Origin: an uncultured bacterium
Lineage (GTDB): Bacteria > Babelota > Babeliae > Babelales > RVW-14
Direction of reading: 5' to 3'
Length of the DNA stretch: 64,000 bases
NCBI GenBank assembly: GCA_963759805.1
Contig: CAVXAT010000002.1
Span: 32,001 to 96,000, forward strand
The notes under the pieces were generated by a model. It had not been told where the DNA came from, did no database searches, and saw only the letters and a list, made by a program, of their open reading frames with translations. Made by a program: the position numbers and the translations under genes. Position 1 is the first letter of the stretch. Every line of letters starts with the position of its first letter. Of this stretch, positions 1 through 9,896 are shown piece by piece.

Positions 1-24
1 AACGTCGTTGAGCTAACCTGCAGC

Positions 25-1551
25 ATGATTAAAGTAATTTACAACTTGCGCCAAGATCAAGAGTCCCAAGCATACAGTAATGATACCAAAAATAAAATGC
101 TTCAAGATATACTTAATCACGCGCTTAATAATAAACGCACATTGCTCAAGCAAACTGATTTTGATATCAACCAAGCATGGTGCTTTGCCGATTATCTCGA
201 TGGAATTCCAGAATTAGAACAAGCCATTATGGCTGTGTTGGCCAAAAACATTTGTACACCAGAATTTCTTGATACATTCCAAGGCAATGAATTTTTATCA
301 GATGATCCAACCAATGATCTAACCAATCAAAAATTTAGGGAGCAATTAAAAGAAGCTTTAAATAAGTATATAAAAATACATCAGCCTGATGTTTATGCGC
401 GCATAATGCCTTACAGCTGCTCTCAAACATTGAGGTTGCGGAACGACAGCGCCTGTAGCCTATGCGTTACACCAGATGGCAAGATAGTTTCTGGATCTTT
501 TTTTGGATCCATAACCATATGGATCTGTAATCCTGTAAATCATAAATATAGGCTGCTTCAAACACTTAATGCTTCAATTGGCGGTCTCCCCGATCCGTGG
601 GTGCTGAGCGTATGCGTTACACCAGATGGCAAGATAGTTTCTGGGTCTGGTAACAATATCATCAAAATATGGTCATATAATCCTGAAACCCTTCAGTACG
701 CCCTGTCTCAAACACTTGATTCTACGGTTGACGGCCATACCGGTTGTGTCAATTGCGTATACATTACACCGGATGGCAAGATAGTTTCCGGATCGAATGA
801 CAATACCATCAAAATATGGACCTATAATCCTGAAATCCATCAATACACGCTGTCTCAAACACTTAATTTTCCATTTGATGGCCCTGCCGGCCATACCTAT
901 TGTGTCAATTGCGTATGCATTACACCGAATGGCAAATTGGTTTCTGGGCTTTATGACAACTCCATCAAAATATGGGCTTATAATGGAGAAACCCATCAAT
1001 ACACCACCCTCCCTCAAACACTTGATTCTAGAGTTGGCGGCCATACCAATAGTGTCAATAGCGTATGCGTTACGCCAGATGATAAGATACTTTCTGGGTC
1101 TTCTGACAGTACCATCAAAATATGGTCCTACAGTCCTGAAACACATCAGTACGCCCTATCTCAAACACTTGTCGTCGGTCATGTGGGCAGTGTTGAAAAT
1201 GTGTGTGTTACTCAAGATGGCAGGATCGTTTCAGCACTTGAGGTCCCCCCAGGTTGGGGCGACATTATGGACTCAGCCATAAAAATATGGTCCTATAATA
1301 CTGAAACCAATCAGTACGCCCTATCCCAAACACTTGATTCTACAGTTGGCGGTCATACCAGTTTTGTCAGGACGGCATGCATTACATCAGATGGCAAAAT
1401 AGTTTCCGGGGCTAATGACAACACCATCAAAATATGGGCGGCGCCTAATTTAACGATTGAGCAGATTATTGCACGGTTAAAAAAAGAGCTCGTACCAGCA
1501 ACTCAGGTACGACAGAAACACAAACATAGGACGCAGTCTTCGTGGAAATAA
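25..1551 (+). CDS. WD40-repeat beta-propeller protein with helical N-terminal region (may begin before the window)
   Basis: About 7 repeats of GHT..VN.VC.TPDGKIVSGS.DNTIKIW in the translation. Confidence 0.9.
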   Translation: MIKVIYNLRQDQESQAYSNDTKNKMLQDILNHALNNKRTLLKQTDFDINQAWCFADYLDGIPELEQAIMAVLAKNICTPEFLDTFQGNEFLSDDPTNDLTNQKFREQLKEALNKYIKIHQPDVYARIMPYSCSQTLRLRNDSACSLCVTPDGKIVSGSFFGSITIWICNPVNHKYRLLQTLNASIGGLPDPWVLSVCVTPDGKIVSGSGNNIIKIWSYNPETLQYALSQTLDSTVDGHTGCVNCVYITPDGKIVSGSNDNTIKIWTYNPEIHQYTLSQTLNFPFDGPAGHTYCVNCVCITPNGKLVSGLYDNSIKIWAYNGETHQYTTLPQTLDSRVGGHTNSVNSVCVTPDDKILSGSSDSTIKIWSYSPETHQYALSQTLVVGHVGSVENVCVTQDGRIVSALEVPPGWGDIMDSAIKIWSYNTETNQYALSQTLDSTVGGHTSFVRTACITSDGKIVSGANDNTIKIWAAPNLTIEQIIARLKKELVPATQVRQKHKHRTQSSWK

Positions 1552-1599
1552 CTGTTCAGTTATAAAAATAGTTTGTCAGCAACAAATAATTTGGTTTCA

Positions 1600-1636
1600 T
1601 AAGTGGGTCGATTAAAAACCGGCCCACTTAATTTTT
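1600..1636 (+). terminator. Probable intrinsic terminator after the WD40 gene
   Basis: Stem taagtgggtcg / cggcccactta followed by attttt. Confidence 0.6.
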
Positions 1637-1838
1637 GGGCGAATAATTAAATAAAATGAACGAACGTTTATGGCTCAATATACTCGATCTATTCTAAGCT
1701 TAACGTCTTTCATGGTCAAAATAGACGCATACTTTTGGCATTCCATGGTTAAAATAGACGGTTGCTTATGCCAAGGCCCAGCCCAAGCGGACAACGCCAT
1801 CATCTGCCATAGCATAGAGTACAAAAGTATGCTAAACA

Positions 1839-1870
1839 TTGACTTATGGTATTACTGCATGGTACCATAA
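1839..1870 (+). promoter_or_regulatory. Probable sigma70 promoter of hicAB overlapped by an inverted-repeat operator
   Basis: TTGACT (1839-1844), 18 bp, TACCAT (1863-1868); inverted repeat ttatggta (1844-1851) / taccataa (1863-1870). Confidence 0.55.
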
Positions 1871-1909
1871 TAACAATGTTGTAAATTGGGTATAAAAAAT
1901 TGGACCCAA

Positions 1910-2164
1910 ATGAATAAAAAACAAAGCGAAACATTGCAGGCGATTTTTAAAGAGCCAACAAAATCAAATGTAAAATGGACAGACATTGAGTCGCTATTTA
2001 AGCATCTTGGGGCTGAAGTAAGTCAAGGCAACGGATCTCGTATAAGAGTTGCACTTAATGGGGTAAGAGCGGTTTTTCATAGGCCACATCCAAGAAAAGA
2101 GACCGACAAGGGTGCTTTGGTTTCGGTACGTAGATTTTTAGAAAATGCAGGGATAAAGCAATGA
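1910..2164 (+). CDS. hicA: HicA-family toxin
   Basis: W.DIESLF..LGA....G.GSR.R......AVFHRPHP.KE motif; ATG at 1910 preferred to TTG 1886; overlaps the downstream hicB start. Confidence 0.88.
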   Translation: MNKKQSETLQAIFKEPTKSNVKWTDIESLFKHLGAEVSQGNGSRIRVALNGVRAVFHRPHPRKETDKGALVSVRRFLENAGIKQ

Positions 2165-2481
2165 TGAAATATAAAGGCTATTTGGGCGAAGTTTCTTATG
2201 ATGCAAATGCAAAAATCTTTCATGGAGAAGTTCTAGGGCTAAAAGATGTTATTACGTTTCAAGGAACAACGGTCGTTGAACTTGAAAAGGCATTTAGAGA
2301 TTCAGTTGATGATTATGTAGCTTGGTGTAAAGAGCGTGGCGAAGAGCCTGAGAAAGCATTCTCTGGAAACATTCATATAAGAATCTCGCCTAACCTTCAT
2401 GCAAAACTTGCACAAACCGCTATAGTGCAAGGCGTAAGTTTAAATTCTTTGATTATTGATAAATTACAAAAAAATAAATAG
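2161..2481 (+). CDS. hicB: HicB-family antitoxin with C-terminal ribbon-helix-helix
   Basis: MKYKGY.G.V.YD....IFHG.V.GL.DVITFQG..V.EL..AF..SVDDY...C...G.EPEK.FSG...RI.P.LH. Confidence 0.9.
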   Translation: MMKYKGYLGEVSYDANAKIFHGEVLGLKDVITFQGTTVVELEKAFRDSVDDYVAWCKERGEEPEKAFSGNIHIRISPNLHAKLAQTAIVQGVSLNSLIIDKLQKNK

Positions 2482-2519
2482 ACGATATGGCGTAACACTC
2501 TTTATTTAATCGATTTCTA

Positions 2520-3824
2520 CTAACCCATCATATTTTCAATGTCATCAGCAGATTTGGGCAAGGCCCCACTCAGACAAACGACACCGTCATCAGCCATTGC
2601 GTAATCGTCTTCAATTCTAATCCCAATGTTCTCTGCTTGGATATAAATTCCTGGCTCGATGGTGAAGACATCGCCCGGTTGAAGCGGAATTTCGCCATTG
2701 CCAACGTCATGAACATCAAGGCCAAGAAAATGCCCTATGCCATGCACAAAGTATTTTGAATAGCCTAACTTTTCTAAAAATTTAACGGCCTGATGGTGCA
2801 GTGATTTCTCAGGCAAATTTGGATTATTCAGATACATTCCGGGCACGGCCAGAGATTCAATATATTTCTGTGTTTGCAACACAACATCATAAATCTCTTT
2901 CTGTCGCACGGAAAATTTTCCACCAACCGGAAAAGTCCTAGTTAAATCTGATGAGTAGTTCCCATACTCAGCACCGATATCCATAACGACCAAATCGCCG
3001 ACAGCAAGCTTGTCAGTGTTGTTACAAGAGTGTAAAGTTGTTGTATTTTTACCCGTCGCAACAATGCTGGGAAATGCCGGAACTGCGCCGGCAGCCTCTT
3101 GAAAAATATACTCTATAATTGCCTGAATCTGATACTCATACTTACCCGGCTCAATACTTTTTGCAGCAGATTGAATGGCAAGTGACGTAATTTGTGCCGC
3201 TTTATAAATCAAGTTTATTTCATGATCTTCTTTAATGCGCCTGGATTTATGAACAATGCCTGAAACATCAGCAATTGTAATTTTATAATCAGACAGCCAG
3301 GCCTGAAAGCACGAAACTAGCTGCATTTGAGTAAAATATCTTGAGTTTGTGATTGAATCCATCAATGTATAAAGAACCCCGCCAATGCCAATATTTTTCT
3401 TTATATCGGCAATAATCTCGCTGTAACGCTCAGGTGTAAAAAATGGGGCACTCGAGTAACCCTTGATTTGCGCTCCAAGATATTTAATCTGATCGACAGA
3501 CAAATTTGCTTTATCGCTTTTTATGGTCAAACCCGTTTGTACCCACTGTTCACGACTTTGACTATAAAAAGGTAGATACAAAAGATCAGTACCATTAACA
3601 TCAATACCATCAAAATAGCAGCACATAACAACTGCCGGCTCTGTTATTCCGGTTAAATAGTAAAATGATGATTCCTGTTTAAACACATGACGTGCTGATT
3701 CAAAATCTGCTATCAGCAACAACGCTCCAGCCCCACCCTTGGGGTTCAATAATTTGATCTGCTCTATAATTTTTGTTCGTCGATTTTTGAAACGATTTAA
3801 TTTCTTTTCAGGCATATAAAACAT
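2520..3824 (-). CDS. pepP: Xaa-Pro aminopeptidase (M24B)
   Basis: DIGAEY..Y.SD.TRT, HGIGH.LGLDVHD, TIEPGIY, GIRIEDD motifs. Start moved to ATG 3824, which has a GGAG RBS; the extra N-terminus in the ORF track partly derives from the palindromic element. Confidence 0.88.
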   Translation of the reverse strand: MFYMPEKKLNRFKNRRTKIIEQIKLLNPKGGAGALLLIADFESARHVFKQESSFYYLTGITEPAVVMCCYFDGIDVNGTDLLYLPFYSQSREQWVQTGLTIKSDKANLSVDQIKYLGAQIKGYSSAPFFTPERYSEIIADIKKNIGIGGVLYTLMDSITNSRYFTQMQLVSCFQAWLSDYKITIADVSGIVHKSRRIKEDHEINLIYKAAQITSLAIQSAAKSIEPGKYEYQIQAIIEYIFQEAAGAVPAFPSIVATGKNTTTLHSCNNTDKLAVGDLVVMDIGAEYGNYSSDLTRTFPVGGKFSVRQKEIYDVVLQTQKYIESLAVPGMYLNNPNLPEKSLHHQAVKFLEKLGYSKYFVHGIGHFLGLDVHDVGNGEIPLQPGDVFTIEPGIYIQAENIGIRIEDDYAMADDGVVCLSGALPKSADDIENMMG

Positions 3825-3857
3825 CTCTTCTCCCGTTTCGACTAATATCTTCTGAAA

Positions 3858-4016
3858 CTCGCATCCTTCGACAGGCTCCCAGACTTCGCCCTTCCCACTC
3901 CGCTCAGGTAGCTCCGAGGGACAGGTCGTGGCTACGCCGGGCACGGCAGGACGAGCGCCATGAAGTAGGCGCGCTCGTGGTGAGCTCGTCGAACCATCAC
4001 CCTGTGACGCGCCGGG
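3858..4016. mobile_element. Composite nested palindromic element (outer element, 36-bp unit, 33-bp unit) between the LptD-like gene and pepP
   Basis: Outer parts nearly identical to 55519-55540 and 55577-55645; inner 69 bp (3879-3947) is the reverse complement of 14942-15010 with 2 mismatches. Confidence 0.85.
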
Positions 4017-4019
4017 CCT

Positions 4020-6413
4020 CTACTGCTCCCTGCGCATTATAGGCTGACGTCTAAATTTTTTAGCAAATGTACCTAGCGAATCTAACTTTAAAGCAAAAAC
4101 AAATGTATGCTCTGTCGTATTATTACCATACTCACGATATTTTTTAACCTCAATTCCAAAATATAAACCCCAACAGTGTCCGTTTATTTCCATTCTTACT
4201 CTATGAATCAAAGGGTTTAAGCCTTGTAAATCTGCAAAATGGCAACCCTTTTCATCATAAAACTGGCCATCATAACAAAGTACTACCTCTTTGCTAATTG
4301 GAATTGCAATATTCACAAAAATAAAATGCGGAACATTTGATAAAAGCTCACGGATCCGTTGTAATAATGGGTACTGATAAAAATAACCGGCGGAGATGTT
4401 TAGCTTATCTTTAAAAATACCTAACCCTATCTGAGACTGAAGTAAACGAGCCCGACCAAACTCAACTTCTTGAGCTAAAGAAAGTTTTAAAATACTGTAT
4501 CCAATACTAAAATCATAACTAAGCGGTAAAAGATGCCGTTGTCCTACTCCGCGACGCAGGTAAAAAATATCGGATTGACTATAAAAATCATACCCCTGCT
4601 CAATATTCAGATCGATATTCCAGTTTTTCCAATTCAAATTATTGGAAATATTTCCGGACAGTTCGTTTATTGGATATGCTCGATCCCACAAATCCATGTA
4701 ATACCAATTTTTTTGATAAAATTTAGGCAAGAATGTCCACTTAATTGTCGGCTGCATAAAATTAGAGCAACTAAAATCATCACTATAACTGGTGACCTCA
4801 GGCAGAGCCCATTCAGCACCATATTTTGAGTAAATTCTATAAGCTCCATTCCCCAACAGATGATCCTCGATAACATTTTTTTTATGAATATCTTTTGAGA
4901 AAGTGTTACTTCTAAACTGAACTTGCGGTTCAGCAAAAAGCCTAATGTTGCTATTTTTTAAATTAATGCGCGAATGAAGATTCCCCTTATATCCAGCCCT
5001 GAATACATCATGCTTTTTAGGAGGAATCAACAACGATTCATTAATCATTCTTGAATTTACAAAGATACGCCCTATCTTAATTTGGCTACAAGAGATCTCA
5101 TCAAAAAACAGGTCATGCCGATAAAATAATGTATTATATAGGCTCCAGTTGGAAGCATTCCACTCAAAATGAGGTAGCTTTACCGTGTTAAACCTATCTT
5201 CAATCTCTTTTTTTGTAACAAAATCATCATTAAACTCAATAACTTTTTCTTTATGATCATTAGCGAATTTTTTAGCAAAAACAATCTCCTCCCGAGTAAG
5301 ATTTAAAAATTGCTTACGACTTGTACGCTCTTGATCCCATTTTAATTCAACCAAATGCTTACTGGATAACCCCCTAAAAATAACCGAATTAAAGAATGTG
5401 TCATCAACCTCTTCAATGTTATTATAAAAGTAGTATCCAATCTGTTTATCCGTACCAAAATCTGCACGGATAAGACTTCTAAAATCAAAATTTCCAAGAT
5501 GCGTCAGATATGTAAAATCCTTACCCTGAATCCAATACCTATGCTCTGTTTTTGGAACAATATTGTCATTTTCTAAGGCATACGAATCGTTGACTACGGC
5601 GTACTGCCCATAGGCAGTTGTAAATGAATCGGGAGACCGCGCCCATCTAAATTCATCTGAAAATACACAGCCTCTTCGCGTTTTAAAATCTAAGCCAAAC
5701 GTAGTATCACAATGTCGATTGATATATTTGTAATACTCTACTTTCACGCCAAAACCAAGACTATAATCAAATGAAAATTTTGGAATTAAAAAACCTGACT
5801 TTGAACGGCCCTGAATTGGCAAAGCCATCCTTGGCACATAAAAAACCGGAATTCCACCTGTTTTGAAAAGAATATTCGACGCATCTATGAAATAACTTCC
5901 GTGTATAACAGCCTTTGTCGCACTAAAATACCAGTGTAAATCCTCTTGATCACAAGCCGAAAACAGAATATCTTCCATTCGCCAGTTAAAATCATTAAGT
6001 TTTTGTGCCCTCTTCGCAGAAATATACCCTTCATCCATATGAATTTTTATATTCTCGGCATAACCTGTTTTATTTTCAAGATTCAAAAGAATATAATCAG
6101 TTAAAATTACAAAATCATTATTTTCAATTTTTACCGGACCACATTCAGACATCTTTGCAATCAGTGTCTGCTCCTTACGATCTATCTCTACCCTGTCAGC
6201 AGACAAACGAAATTTTTGATCTATGATCGCATCGACGGCGCCTTCAAAAATGATTCTGTTCTCATCAATAACCGTCTGTTTTAAACTGTTTACGCGCAAA
6301 AATTTACCGGACGTTGAGGATTTTATAGCGGCATTTAAATTAAAAGAAAAAAATGTAAGAATAAGCAGCAAACCCGCTTGTCGCAAATAACTTTTAAGCA
6401 TATTCAAAATCAA
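4020..6413 (-). CDS. lptD: LptD/OstA-like outer-membrane LPS assembly protein
   Basis: Signal peptide, OstA-like N-terminus (F.G.V, L.AD.V.I), FSAC......W, GIPVFY.P....P...RSKSGFLIP motif, beta-rich C-terminus. Confidence 0.7.
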   Translation of the reverse strand: MILNMLKSYLRQAGLLLILTFFSFNLNAAIKSSTSGKFLRVNSLKQTVIDENRIIFEGAVDAIIDQKFRLSADRVEIDRKEQTLIAKMSECGPVKIENNDFVILTDYILLNLENKTGYAENIKIHMDEGYISAKRAQKLNDFNWRMEDILFSACDQEDLHWYFSATKAVIHGSYFIDASNILFKTGGIPVFYVPRMALPIQGRSKSGFLIPKFSFDYSLGFGVKVEYYKYINRHCDTTFGLDFKTRRGCVFSDEFRWARSPDSFTTAYGQYAVVNDSYALENDNIVPKTEHRYWIQGKDFTYLTHLGNFDFRSLIRADFGTDKQIGYYFYNNIEEVDDTFFNSVIFRGLSSKHLVELKWDQERTSRKQFLNLTREEIVFAKKFANDHKEKVIEFNDDFVTKKEIEDRFNTVKLPHFEWNASNWSLYNTLFYRHDLFFDEISCSQIKIGRIFVNSRMINESLLIPPKKHDVFRAGYKGNLHSRINLKNSNIRLFAEPQVQFRSNTFSKDIHKKNVIEDHLLGNGAYRIYSKYGAEWALPEVTSYSDDFSCSNFMQPTIKWTFLPKFYQKNWYYMDLWDRAYPINELSGNISNNLNWKNWNIDLNIEQGYDFYSQSDIFYLRRGVGQRHLLPLSYDFSIGYSILKLSLAQEVEFGRARLLQSQIGLGIFKDKLNISAGYFYQYPLLQRIRELLSNVPHFIFVNIAIPISKEVVLCYDGQFYDEKGCHFADLQGLNPLIHRVRMEINGHCWGLYFGIEVKKYREYGNNTTEHTFVFALKLDSLGTFAKKFRRQPIMRREQ

Positions 6414-7024
6414 AATGGTCTTCTGCCTGTTAAAGCCTTGGAAATCGTAACGCGATCCATATATTCAAGATTTGATCCAATCGGCACACCACTTGCCAAC
6501 CGAGAGACAGGAAGCGATAAATCTTTTATCTTTGAAAAAATGTAGCTTGCTGTCGCCTCCCCTTCAGGGGTTGGATTAGTTGCAAAAATCAGCTCGTTAA
6601 CCGTTTTTGTTCTTAATCGCTTAACCAATGAATCAATCGTTAGATTATCCGGCCCAATACCCTCAAGAGGACAAAGCGCCCCACCCAAAACATGATACAC
6701 TCCATTAAATCCACCGCTATTTTCGATAGCGAAGAGATCATGCAGCGTTTCAACAACGCAAACAGTTTGTTTATCGCGCTTTGCTGAAGAGCAAATCGAA
6801 CAAAGCGCATCACTATCTTCTGCCTTTTCTGTCAAATTAAAACAATCTTTGCAAAATTTAACCGAAGCCTTTACGTCAATTAATGTCTGACAAAATTGCT
6901 CAATACTTTTTTTGTCATTCATCAAAAAGTAGACAGCCACCCTGTAAACGTTTTTTGAAGCCAAGAATGGCACTCTTTGTAACTGACGGATAAGCCTTTG
7001 AAATGTCGGTAAATCTGCAAACAT
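6410..7024 (-). CDS. recR: Recombination mediator RecR
   Basis: C4 zinc finger, CVVE, YHVLGG.L.PLEGIGP, ATNPTPEGEATA, SRLASGVP.G..LEY.D. Confidence 0.96.
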   Translation of the reverse strand: MFADLPTFQRLIRQLQRVPFLASKNVYRVAVYFLMNDKKSIEQFCQTLIDVKASVKFCKDCFNLTEKAEDSDALCSICSSAKRDKQTVCVVETLHDLFAIENSGGFNGVYHVLGGALCPLEGIGPDNLTIDSLVKRLRTKTVNELIFATNPTPEGEATASYIFSKIKDLSLPVSRLASGVPIGSNLEYMDRVTISKALTGRRPF

Positions 7025-7052
7025 GCAAAGCCTATTTTAATATCTTGATAAT

Positions 7053-8801
7053 TTAATGGCTCAATACATATTTTCTGAAATAATCTTCCACTAACGTCAG
7101 AATATTATTCATGGTCCAGTATAAAACCAGCCCAACCGGAAAATTTGCAAAAAGAGCTGTCATAACAATAGAAACGAAGTACATCATTATCTTCTGTTTT
7201 TCATCGCTTGATGGAGTCATAGCCTGTTGCCAAATCATTGTAATTCCCATTAACACAGGAATAACGTAATATGGATCCTTGGCTGAAAGGTCCATAATCC
7301 ATCCAAAAAATGGTGCCTGATAAAGATCAAGATAGTTTCCCAAAACACGATACAATGCAAATAAGATAGGCATCTGTATCAATAAAGGTAAGCAGCCAAG
7401 CAGCGGAGTCGCTGTCGATAAATTATGATCTGCATGGAACTTCATCAACTCCTGATTCTGCATCTTCAAATCCTGTTTATACTTTTGACGAATGCGCTGA
7501 ATTGTTGGTTGAAAGCGTTGGTACTCTTCCATCTTTCTTCTACTAAAAATTGAAAGCGGAACAAATGGGAGACGAAGTAAAATGGTCATGACAACAATTG
7601 CCCAACCATAATTTCCAATCAGCCCAAATAACCAATAAAGCAGTTTAAGAAGCAGCTTGCACAACCAAGAAAGCCACCCGAAAGCTAATAAATCAACCAA
7701 GCGACTATCAACAACCGACATGGATTCCAAAACCTTTGGACCAATATAAAAAGATACATTAAAACTCTTTGCCTCTGTCAACTCCGGGCCTTCAAATATC
7801 GTTATAACCTTCTTGGTATCAGTCCGTTTGACATAGGCACGTTGAACAAACTTTGCAGGATCATTGACCATGCCATGAGCAAAATATTTATCTTCAGATC
7901 CAAACATAACTTTTGGGGTAACCCAATGCCATGCCAAATCTTGGGTTGCCTTCAGATCAATCTTCTCAACCGACTCTTTTGATTCATTAAACACAAAAAC
8001 ATTTATTGTATCATTTTCAATTTCACTGACACATGGCGAACTAACTAAAATTCTTGCACGGATGGGGAGCAATTCATCTGTCTTGCGTGGTTCAAAATTA
8101 ACGGTCAAATCAATTTTGTAACTATCTTGATAAAGTGAATAAATCTTGCGAATAGTCCAAAATTCGGTTTCAATTTGATATGCCACTTCCACAACATCGT
8201 GCTGATCAATTTTTTTATCCTGTTTATGCAAAAATTGATATTTAAATGGCGTATTCTCTTCAAGAGCTAATAAGAAACAACCGTTCTCACGATTATCTTT
8301 TCCAGCGGCTGACTTTTCACCAGCGACTTTTTCACCAGAAGCCTTTTCACCAACGGCGCCACCATCTTTACCAACGCTCTTGCCCGCATCTTTACCCTCA
8401 CATTTATTGCCATCTTTATCAGCATCTCTTGAAATAGTTTTTAATGGCGAGCCGTTTTTGCCTTTATGATCGTTCAGTTCAAATTCCGCCAAAACTGCAC
8501 CATAATTTGAAAAAACTGCTTTGTACTTTGGCATCTGCACATCAGTTAAAACTTCTGCCTCTTCATCCCGAGATCCATCTCGTACAGATCCATCTCGTTT
8601 TTCTTCAAACTTAACCTGCATATTCAACGGACGGTAAAGCTCCTGAACTGCCGCGACCTTTATTGGCTGACCTGCGACGGGAGCTTGAACCGTTTCAACA
8701 GATGAAGGTTTTTGAGCAACTTTTCCACTGAAAAAATACTGCAAGCCCAAAACTGTTAATAATGAAAGCGATAATGCTATAAAAAACTTTTTGTCTATCA
8801 T
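7053..8801 (-). CDS. yidC: Membrane protein insertase YidC (with low-complexity periplasmic insertions)
   Basis: GNYGWAI...TI..R, GCLPLLIQMPILFALY, FGWI.DLS..DPYY..P, P.GL.LYW..NN. Confidence 0.95.
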   Translation of the reverse strand: MIDKKFFIALSLSLLTVLGLQYFFSGKVAQKPSSVETVQAPVAGQPIKVAAVQELYRPLNMQVKFEEKRDGSVRDGSRDEEAEVLTDVQMPKYKAVFSNYGAVLAEFELNDHKGKNGSPLKTISRDADKDGNKCEGKDAGKSVGKDGGAVGEKASGEKVAGEKSAAGKDNRENGCFLLALEENTPFKYQFLHKQDKKIDQHDVVEVAYQIETEFWTIRKIYSLYQDSYKIDLTVNFEPRKTDELLPIRARILVSSPCVSEIENDTINVFVFNESKESVEKIDLKATQDLAWHWVTPKVMFGSEDKYFAHGMVNDPAKFVQRAYVKRTDTKKVITIFEGPELTEAKSFNVSFYIGPKVLESMSVVDSRLVDLLAFGWLSWLCKLLLKLLYWLFGLIGNYGWAIVVMTILLRLPFVPLSIFSRRKMEEYQRFQPTIQRIRQKYKQDLKMQNQELMKFHADHNLSTATPLLGCLPLLIQMPILFALYRVLGNYLDLYQAPFFGWIMDLSAKDPYYVIPVLMGITMIWQQAMTPSSDEKQKIMMYFVSIVMTALFANFPVGLVLYWTMNNILTLVEDYFRKYVLSH

Positions 8802-8956
8802 GACTTGTCCTTACCTTAATTTTTAACAAGACCTTAAATTATAAGCACACTAATTTTAACGAGAAAACTAAATTTTAACAGAGAATAGCCCATCAAGCTA
8901 GCCCTGATTTCAAACCATTCGGTTTTCAAGTCTTCGACTTTATACCATTAGACTTT

Positions 8957-9808
8957 TCAAACCAACCCACCCAATCCCCGAACAATAGCCTCCAAAACGA
9001 CGTGCCAGTCATCATCCTGGTTAACTCCAACCTCAATCAAAAGGGCTGGGGCAACAATTCCACACAACGGTTTGAGCGGAATGCCGTAAAAACCCCCAAA
9101 ATCAAATATTTTCTGGTTGTCTGCCCCTGAAAGTGCATTTGACAACTGTTGACCAATATTTTTTGTTCTGAAAATACTAACTTGATGCGCCTGCAAAACC
9201 GATATCATTTTAAGAGATGGGAATGTCCTGTCAACAAAATCGCCAACAGGGTCTGCCACATGCTGGTAAACATAGACCTTTGGCCTAACTGACTCTAATT
9301 TAAAAAGATGGACACTTATGAATAGATCTACGTTTAAACGGTTGGCAAACGAGGCATTCTGAAAATCGACTATCTTTTCCCCGGGTACACGGGTCAAAAC
9401 AACCCTGAAATCATACGCTCGTTCAAAAGCACTTTGAAGCTCTTGGGCAAACCTAAACGTCGCGGCACGCTCAAAACCACTCAAGCTACGCCCCGGATCC
9501 CCCGCATGTCCGGCGGGATTGATCATAATGACCTTCTTTGCACCCTTGAGAGAAGGATCAAGAAAGGGGGCATTAGCGTAAGCCATAAAATTAGTTGCGA
9601 AAGTAGACAACCCCGCCATCAAAGTTAATGTGATTAAAAATAGTCTTCTTGCACAACTTGGAATTTTAAAAAGGCGCGCTCGTGGTGAGCTTGTCGAACC
9701 ATCGCCCGGCTTGTCCGTCGTAGCTCGAAGAGCGAAGTCGGAAGGGCGACGGGCCTGGTCATGCAAGAGATCTATTAGTCTGATTAAAGCTGATTTAAAT
9801 ATCTTCAT
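8957..9808 (-). CDS. N-acetylmuramoyl-L-alanine amidase (Amidase_3 family), with a palindromic element in the N-terminal region
   Basis: INPAGH.G, V.LTR, A.FAN....DLFISVH, PALLIEVG; hydrophobic segment after the inserted peptide; start codon uncertain. Confidence 0.78.
   Translation of the reverse strand: MKIFKSALIRLIDLLHDQARRPSDFALRATTDKPGDGSTSSPRARLFKIPSCARRLFLITLTLMAGLSTFATNFMAYANAPFLDPSLKGAKKVIMINPAGHAGDPGRSLSGFERAATFRFAQELQSAFERAYDFRVVLTRVPGEKIVDFQNASFANRLNVDLFISVHLFKLESVRPKVYVYQHVADPVGDFVDRTFPSLKMISVLQAHQVSIFRTKNIGQQLSNALSGADNQKIFDFGGFYGIPLKPLCGIVAPALLIEVGVNQDDDWHVVLEAIVRGLGGLV
9672..9754. mobile_element. Palindromic element carrying a nested 33-bp unit (9710-9742)
   Basis: Shares gctcgtggtgagcttgtcgaaccatcgccc...gggcgacgggc with 21790-21837, where the loop is only tat. 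Confidence 0.85.
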
Positions 9809-9855
9809 GCTGTCATTCTAGCCTAAAACAAGTATCTTTACAAATTTGGCAAAAG

Positions 9856-9885
9856 AAAAACCCCCGGTTTTTCAACTAGGGGCTT
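9856..9885 (-). terminator. Probable intrinsic terminator
   Basis: Imperfect ccccc/ggggg stem next to an A-run (T-run on the minus strand), just after the stop at 9897. Confidence 0.45.
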
Positions 9886-9896
9886 AAATTCTGTTC

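Noticed and set aside
673..1282. Overlapping ORFs 673-1146 (-) and 797-1282 (+)
   Set aside because: Shadow frames of the repetitive WD40 gene with no independent features
460..1440. Regularly spaced DNA repeats that could be mistaken for a CRISPR array
   Set aside because: They are in-frame WD40 coding repeats with homologous intervening sequence; no cas genes are present
3825..3944. 40-aa N-terminal extension of PepP in the ORF track
   Set aside because: Largely derived from the palindromic element; a better RBS/ATG exists at 3824
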